Shown here in pieces: positions 60,235-64,000 of a DNA stretch of 64,000 bases. The number at the start of each line of letters is the position of its first letter. Positions within the stretch are counted from its first letter, which is position 1. The translations under genes and the position numbers were made by a program. Origin of the DNA: an uncultured Roseivirgaceae bacterium (lineage in GTDB: Bacteria; Bacteroidota; Bacteroidia; Cytophagales; Cyclobacteriaceae); NCBI GenBank assembly GCA_964419145.1, contig CAYQOM010000002.1, positions 726,511 through 790,510 of the forward strand, in the 5' to 3' direction. The notes under the pieces were generated by a model. The model was not told the DNA's origin. It did no database searches and saw nothing but the letters and a program-made list of their open reading frames with translations.

Positions 60235-60581
60235 GATTCAAGATGTTTTTTTAACTCTTCGGCACTGATGCCGAGCAGGGCTGCCTGCCTGAGAAATTCG
60301 GGTAAGACTTTATTGAAGAATTCCTGCTTCTTGTCTTTGAGAATAATGGTTTTCGCTTCGGGATTTACGAAGTACCCGATGCCTCGTTGATTTTCAATAA
60401 TGTTCATTGCCTGAAGTTCACTATAGGTACGCATAACGGTATTCGGATTCACACCCATTTCAGCAGCCAGTTCCCTCACAGAAGGTATCTTTTCACCAGC
60501 AGGAAACTCGCCACTCACCACTTTCTCGGTAATGGTATCTGCTATCTGCAGAAAAATGCTTTTGCCTTCTTGAAAATGCAT
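60231..60581 (-). CDS. GntR-family transcriptional regulator, YtrA subfamily
   Basis: 116 aa. The winged HTH is …GEKIPSVRELAAEMGVNPNTVMRTYSELQAMNIIENQRGIGYFV…. The short helical C-terminus is typical of YtrA-type regulators. Confidence 0.85.
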   Translation of the reverse strand: MHFQEGKSIFLQIADTITEKVVSGEFPAGEKIPSVRELAAEMGVNPNTVMRTYSELQAMNIIENQRGIGYFVNPEAKTIILKDKKQEFFNKVLPEFLRQAALLGISAEELKKHLES

Positions 60582-60582
60582 A

Positions 60583-61371
60583 CTACACCTCCCGTTCTTT
60601 TAACTTCCTGTACGCCACAAAGAGCATTACTGCTGTGCCTGCAAAAAGCGCGATGGTCACTGCTTTCAAAGCACTATCCTCTTGCAATGGAATTAACCAC
60701 ATGTGTTCAGGCGGATTGTATTGTCCCACCCCCAGGTGCTCAATAACAATGTAACTATACCCAACAAAAAACATGACGACCATCGCCACAGCAAAAAGTG
60801 ATTTAACCAGGGGTTGTTTGGTGAACATGGCGGCACCCGTGAACGCTAACGAAAGCGCAAACAATACCGCACCTGTTACGAGAGAATAAATCAGGAACTG
60901 GTAATCGGGCGGCACATCATCAATCAGTACCAGGTTCTGTATGCCAATGGGATTGAATGTTTCCTCCGTAAATATGGAAAAGAAGTATCCCTGTACGTGG
61001 AAGGTTATCCAAAACAGCAAGGGTAATGATATCAGGATGATTCCGATCCGACTGACAAACTCAAAGGTGAATTTCTCCAAGACCGATGCAGGTATCATCA
61101 GGTAATGAATGGTACTCTCTTTCGACCGGAATGCCGGAAAGGCGTGACCGACATAGAGAATGCCAAACACCGTGACGAACCCAATCAGGAAACCCTGGAA
61201 GTTTTCTAAGCCATGAGGTCGAAGATCAATACCAATCTGCGTAAGAGACAATACAATAAAAATGACTCCCACATAAGCGCCTGTTGAAAGCAATAGCAAC
61301 TGTGCGTTGTGAATAAAATGCTGCTTGAAGAGCAACAAAAAACGTTTCCGGCTGAATATATTATTTGACAT
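60583..61371 (-). CDS. Polytopic membrane protein (putative permease partner of the YtrA-module ATPase)
   Basis: 262 aa with about six hydrophobic helices. It overlaps the upstream ATPase gene by 11 nt. There is no diagnostic motif. Confidence 0.55.
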   Translation of the reverse strand: MSNNIFSRKRFLLLFKQHFIHNAQLLLLSTGAYVGVIFIVLSLTQIGIDLRPHGLENFQGFLIGFVTVFGILYVGHAFPAFRSKESTIHYLMIPASVLEKFTFEFVSRIGIILISLPLLFWITFHVQGYFFSIFTEETFNPIGIQNLVLIDDVPPDYQFLIYSLVTGAVLFALSLAFTGAAMFTKQPLVKSLFAVAMVVMFFVGYSYIVIEHLGVGQYNPPEHMWLIPLQEDSALKAVTIALFAGTAVMLFVAYRKLKEREV

Positions 61372-62191
61372 ATTCTCTCATTTTTTCGGTTCCATTGGAA
61401 ATCGCATTGAATAACAACTCAATGTCAACAGAAGAACTTCCGTCTGTTTGCGGTGTGATCACTTTGTAGCCACCGGGCACCATCTCACGGTACAAAATAT
61501 GCTCACCTTCCGGTGATGCCGTGGTGGCAAAATGCAGTTTTGAAGCGATCTCATAGATGTTCTTTTGCATGATGAATTTCCCTTTTTCAAGCATGAGTAC
61601 CCGGTCGATCAGGTTTTCAACATCACGAACCTGATGCGTGGATATGATCACCAGTTGATCCGCATCCAACGAGCCCGCCATCACCCTTCGGAAAATTGAC
61701 TTGGATGGAATATCCAATCCGTTGGTAGGTTCATCTAAAACCAGTAGCCGGCATTTCGTGGAAAGTGCGAACGAGATCAGGAATTTCTTTTTCTGACCAT
61801 AGGAAAGTTCGTTGAGGCGTTTGTTTTCGGGCAGCTCAAAGTCGGTGATTAACCGATTCAGAAGCGCCAGATCAAAGCGTGGATAGAATCCGGAATTCGC
61901 TTTTACATATTGCTTGATGGTAACACTGGGATGATGAAATTCTTCGGGCAGGAAATACATATCCTGCAGCAGTGATGGCTCGCGTTCAGCCGGTTGCTGC
62001 TCCATAATGCGCACTGTTCCCTCCGTAGGGCGCAGCAATCCAATCATCAGTTTTAGCAAAGTTGTTTTGCCGGCTCCATTCTTACCCAACAGCCCCACAA
62101 TGCTACCGGAATGCAGTTCACAGTTAAGCTCCTGGAAAAGCGGCTGAATTTTTTTGGAGTACCTAAAACCTAAGTCGTTGATAATAACCAT
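61361..62191 (-). CDS. ABC transporter ATP-binding protein (YtrB-like, degenerate signature)
   Basis: 276 aa with Walker A GKNGAGKT, signature LSYGQKKK, Walker B LLVLDEPTNGLD and H-loop ISTHQ. Confidence 0.9.
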   Translation of the reverse strand: MVIINDLGFRYSKKIQPLFQELNCELHSGSIVGLLGKNGAGKTTLLKLMIGLLRPTEGTVRIMEQQPAEREPSLLQDMYFLPEEFHHPSVTIKQYVKANSGFYPRFDLALLNRLITDFELPENKRLNELSYGQKKKFLISFALSTKCRLLVLDEPTNGLDIPSKSIFRRVMAGSLDADQLVIISTHQVRDVENLIDRVLMLEKGKFIMQKNIYEIASKLHFATTASPEGEHILYREMVPGGYKVITPQTDGSSSVDIELLFNAISNGTEKMREYVK

Positions 62192-62202
62192 TATATCTGA
62201 TT

Positions 62203-62228
62203 TACTGTATTACTTAACTAATACAGTA
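62203..62228. promoter_or_regulatory. Candidate operator: perfect 10-bp inverted repeat upstream of the YtrA-module operon
   Basis: tactgtatta-cttaac-taatacagta has exactly reverse-complementary arms. It lies 12-37 nt upstream of the minus-strand ATG at 62191, in the divergent intergenic region. YtrA/GntR regulators typically bind such palindromes. Confidence 0.45.
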
Positions 62229-62362
62229 CAATAATGGAGTATTGTTTTTAGTTTTCCAAGTATGTGAGCATAGATTAACAAGTTTAATTTTTGGACGCAT
62301 GCCGCTATATTGGAGGTTTTGGGTAAATATGACTGAGAGTCAGTAGTTTAGCTCGAAAAGGT

Positions 62363-62887
62363 ATGACATCCCATTTCACACCGGAGCAAGAAGCGCAGCC
62401 TGATTTCTACACCATGCCTGCTGGCTTAGCCAGGTTAAAAAATATATCCGGGTTGGCACAAATGGTGTTTGCCGTATTGATGTTAATCATCGATCATTAC
62501 TTCATTCAGGAACAGGCCGTTGTGCTGGCCTGCGTGGCTATGTTTGCATTCGGATTTTTTTTAGTGGGCGTACGAAATCAAACCCTGATTTCTCCATCGC
62601 GTAAGTTGATTAAGATCACCCGTGGATTCTTCTTCATCACCTATACCGAAATGTTTGCACACTATGATGTGGAAAGGATACAAGTCATTTTGAAAACCCA
62701 TATCGGAACCGACTCCAACGGAATAGGCCCCACACAACAACAGAAAACTATTTTTACTTACTACGTTCAGGTGGTGTTAAAGAGAGGCACAATCAAAACC
62801 ATTCTTACGGGATCAGATAAAACTGAAATGGAAGCCTTTTCCCAGAAGGTGGCAACGGCATTAAACGTTCCTGCTCAAGGTGTTTAA
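62363..62887 (+). CDS. Hypothetical membrane protein (2 TM + small cytoplasmic beta domain)
   Basis: 174 aa with two hydrophobic helices (LAQMVFAVLMLIIDHYF and VVLACVAMFAFGFFLVGV). There are no family motifs. Confidence 0.4.
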   Translation: MTSHFTPEQEAQPDFYTMPAGLARLKNISGLAQMVFAVLMLIIDHYFIQEQAVVLACVAMFAFGFFLVGVRNQTLISPSRKLIKITRGFFFITYTEMFAHYDVERIQVILKTHIGTDSNGIGPTQQQKTIFTYYVQVVLKRGTIKTILTGSDKTEMEAFSQKVATALNVPAQGV

Positions 62888-63005
62888 TACTTTTTAAAGA
62901 GAGGGGAGCAGCAACTCTTTTTATCGGGCTTTGGAAGTGCGTACCTGACGGAGCATTAGCACAAGTAGGGGGTGAAACGTAGATTCGACAATGGGAATTG
63001 ATGCG

Positions 63006-63656
63006 TTAGGGTTGCTTCATAACCTGGATAACATCATATTTTATTAATTCCCAGTGCTTCCCTTTTAGACAAATCGGGTCAAAGTCGTCATCGGCCATTG
63101 TGAAGTTGGTAAAATTAGCCCGAATCAATCCCTCATCGTGGTTGTAAGGATATCGCATGCTATGCAACTCAATCATTTGGCTTGGAGAATACTGTTCTAA
63201 TAATTCATGTAAATCCCAGAAATCCTTTTTTCTGGCAACTCGCTGAACGAGGTCAATTTTCATGGCGATAATTTCTTCAATCGTTGCTAGTCGATAGGGT
63301 GCATATAACAATGCTGGTTGAATAAATGGCTCGGTATAGTACAAGTCAAGCTTGATGGATTCGCTTTCATTGTCACCAATTAAATACGAGACTCCCATTC
63401 CGATTACTCCTGGCTGTGGCTCCGAGACATATGCGAAGTTCTCTCTTAGAAAATTATCAATGCCGTTAAAATCAATGGAATCATAGGCAGCATCTGTAAA
63501 AAGATCAATGTCAACTGATGTGCGATGACCTAACTGAAGGCTAAGCGAAGTACCACCCACAAGTCTGAATTGCTCGAACGGATCATTGTCCATTATTTTA
63601 GTCAATGCAGATTTAAGCAGCGGAGTTACTGTATTCCAGAATAATCCGTCAGGCAT
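63006..63656 (-). CDS. Nucleotidyltransferase AbiEii/AbiGii-type toxin (type IV TA / abortive infection family)
   Basis: 216 aa. The N-terminal motif FRLVGGTSLSLQLGHRTSVDIDLFTD matches the AbiEii (former DUF1814) nucleotidyltransferase signature as I recall it. The gene sits 4 nt downstream of a small HTH-type ORF. Confidence 0.65.
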   Translation of the reverse strand: MPDGLFWNTVTPLLKSALTKIMDNDPFEQFRLVGGTSLSLQLGHRTSVDIDLFTDAAYDSIDFNGIDNFLRENFAYVSEPQPGVIGMGVSYLIGDNESESIKLDLYYTEPFIQPALLYAPYRLATIEEIIAMKIDLVQRVARKKDFWDLHELLEQYSPSQMIELHSMRYPYNHDEGLIRANFTNFTMADDDFDPICLKGKHWELIKYDVIQVMKQP

Positions 63657-63660
63657 GTGT

Positions 63661-64000
63661 TTAACCTGGTTTCTGCGTGAATCGTTTGATTTCTAAATCT
63701 CCGAAGAATCGGGTTATTTCCGCTTTCTCTTCACTGTTACCACGTTCAAAAACCCGTTGAATTACAGCTCGTTTTTGGCGATGCCAGTCAATTTTCTTCA
63801 TGTCAGTATCCCAAAACAATCCACTTCTTAATTTGGATAGATCAGGCTTCGTGTTTCCAAGCAGCTTGTGTTTCTCTTGCTTAATATCATAAAAGACTTG
63901 AAGCATCATAAAGAAGCCTTCCGTTAAATTGAGCTCTTGCTCAATTTTCAATGCAAGAGCGGTATTCATGCTTCGTTTGCCTTTCGTAATTGCTCCTAAA
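63661..64000 (-). CDS. Putative cognate antitoxin, partial (XRE-type HTH tail plus a C-terminal domain; N-terminus beyond the window)
   Basis: The track begins it at the ATG at 63969. The frame stays open to base 64000 (…LGAITKGKRSMNTALALKIEQELNL…). This reads like helix 3 onward of an XRE/HigA-type HTH (GKR-x-ALKLE), so the true start is probably outside the window. Confidence 0.45.
   Translation of the reverse strand, partial: LGAITKGKRSMNTALALKIEQELNLTEGFFMMLQVFYDIKQEKHKLLGNTKPDLSKLRSGLFWDTDMKKIDWHRQKRAVIQRVFERGNSEEKAEITRFFGDLEIKRFTQKPG

Overview
The window looks like a Bacteroidota (Cytophagia-like) chromosomal segment. The cues are GH97, TPR-AraC hybrid regulators, lipoprotein signal peptides and a Bacteroidetes-style OxyR. 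It holds about 50 protein-coding genes. Reading by eye I found no rRNA, tRNA, CRISPR array, transposase or integrase.

There are three blocks.

(1) 4.0-23.0 kb is an uninterrupted minus-strand array of 13 two-component signalling genes. It includes CHASE, GAF and PAS sensor kinases (one of 1984 aa), hybrid kinases, an HPt-like protein and four receiver-only response regulators. None of these genes carries a DNA-binding output domain.

(2) 23-43.8 kb is mixed. It contains:
- a TPR protein
- an ECF sigma factor paired with a Ser/Thr kinase
- a PKD/beta-helix lipoprotein
- a histidine kinase
- two DoxX-type proteins
- a TPR-AraC regulator
- a SAM-dependent methyltransferase
- a GH97 glycosidase
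- a katG-oxyR divergon with an OxyR-type box
- several orphan lipoprotein and membrane proteins

(3) 43.9-62.2 kb is a co-directional minus-strand transport supercluster. A YtrA/GntR-type ABC module comes first. It is followed by ABC ATPase, a 7-TM permease fused to an ~820-aa periplasmic domain, TolC, a periplasmic adaptor, RND-1, RND-2 and a small ABC-2 permease.

The headline observation is RND-2. It is a single 1569-aa ORF in which a complete 12-TM RND pump is fused to a complete ABC ATPase. The fusion runs through 2 extra TM helices, and the ATPase is itself split by a 4-TM insertion. I cannot assign this architecture to any characterised system.

The window ends in an AbiEii-type toxin/antitoxin pair. 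All family calls rest on motif recognition in the supplied translations; no database search was possible.
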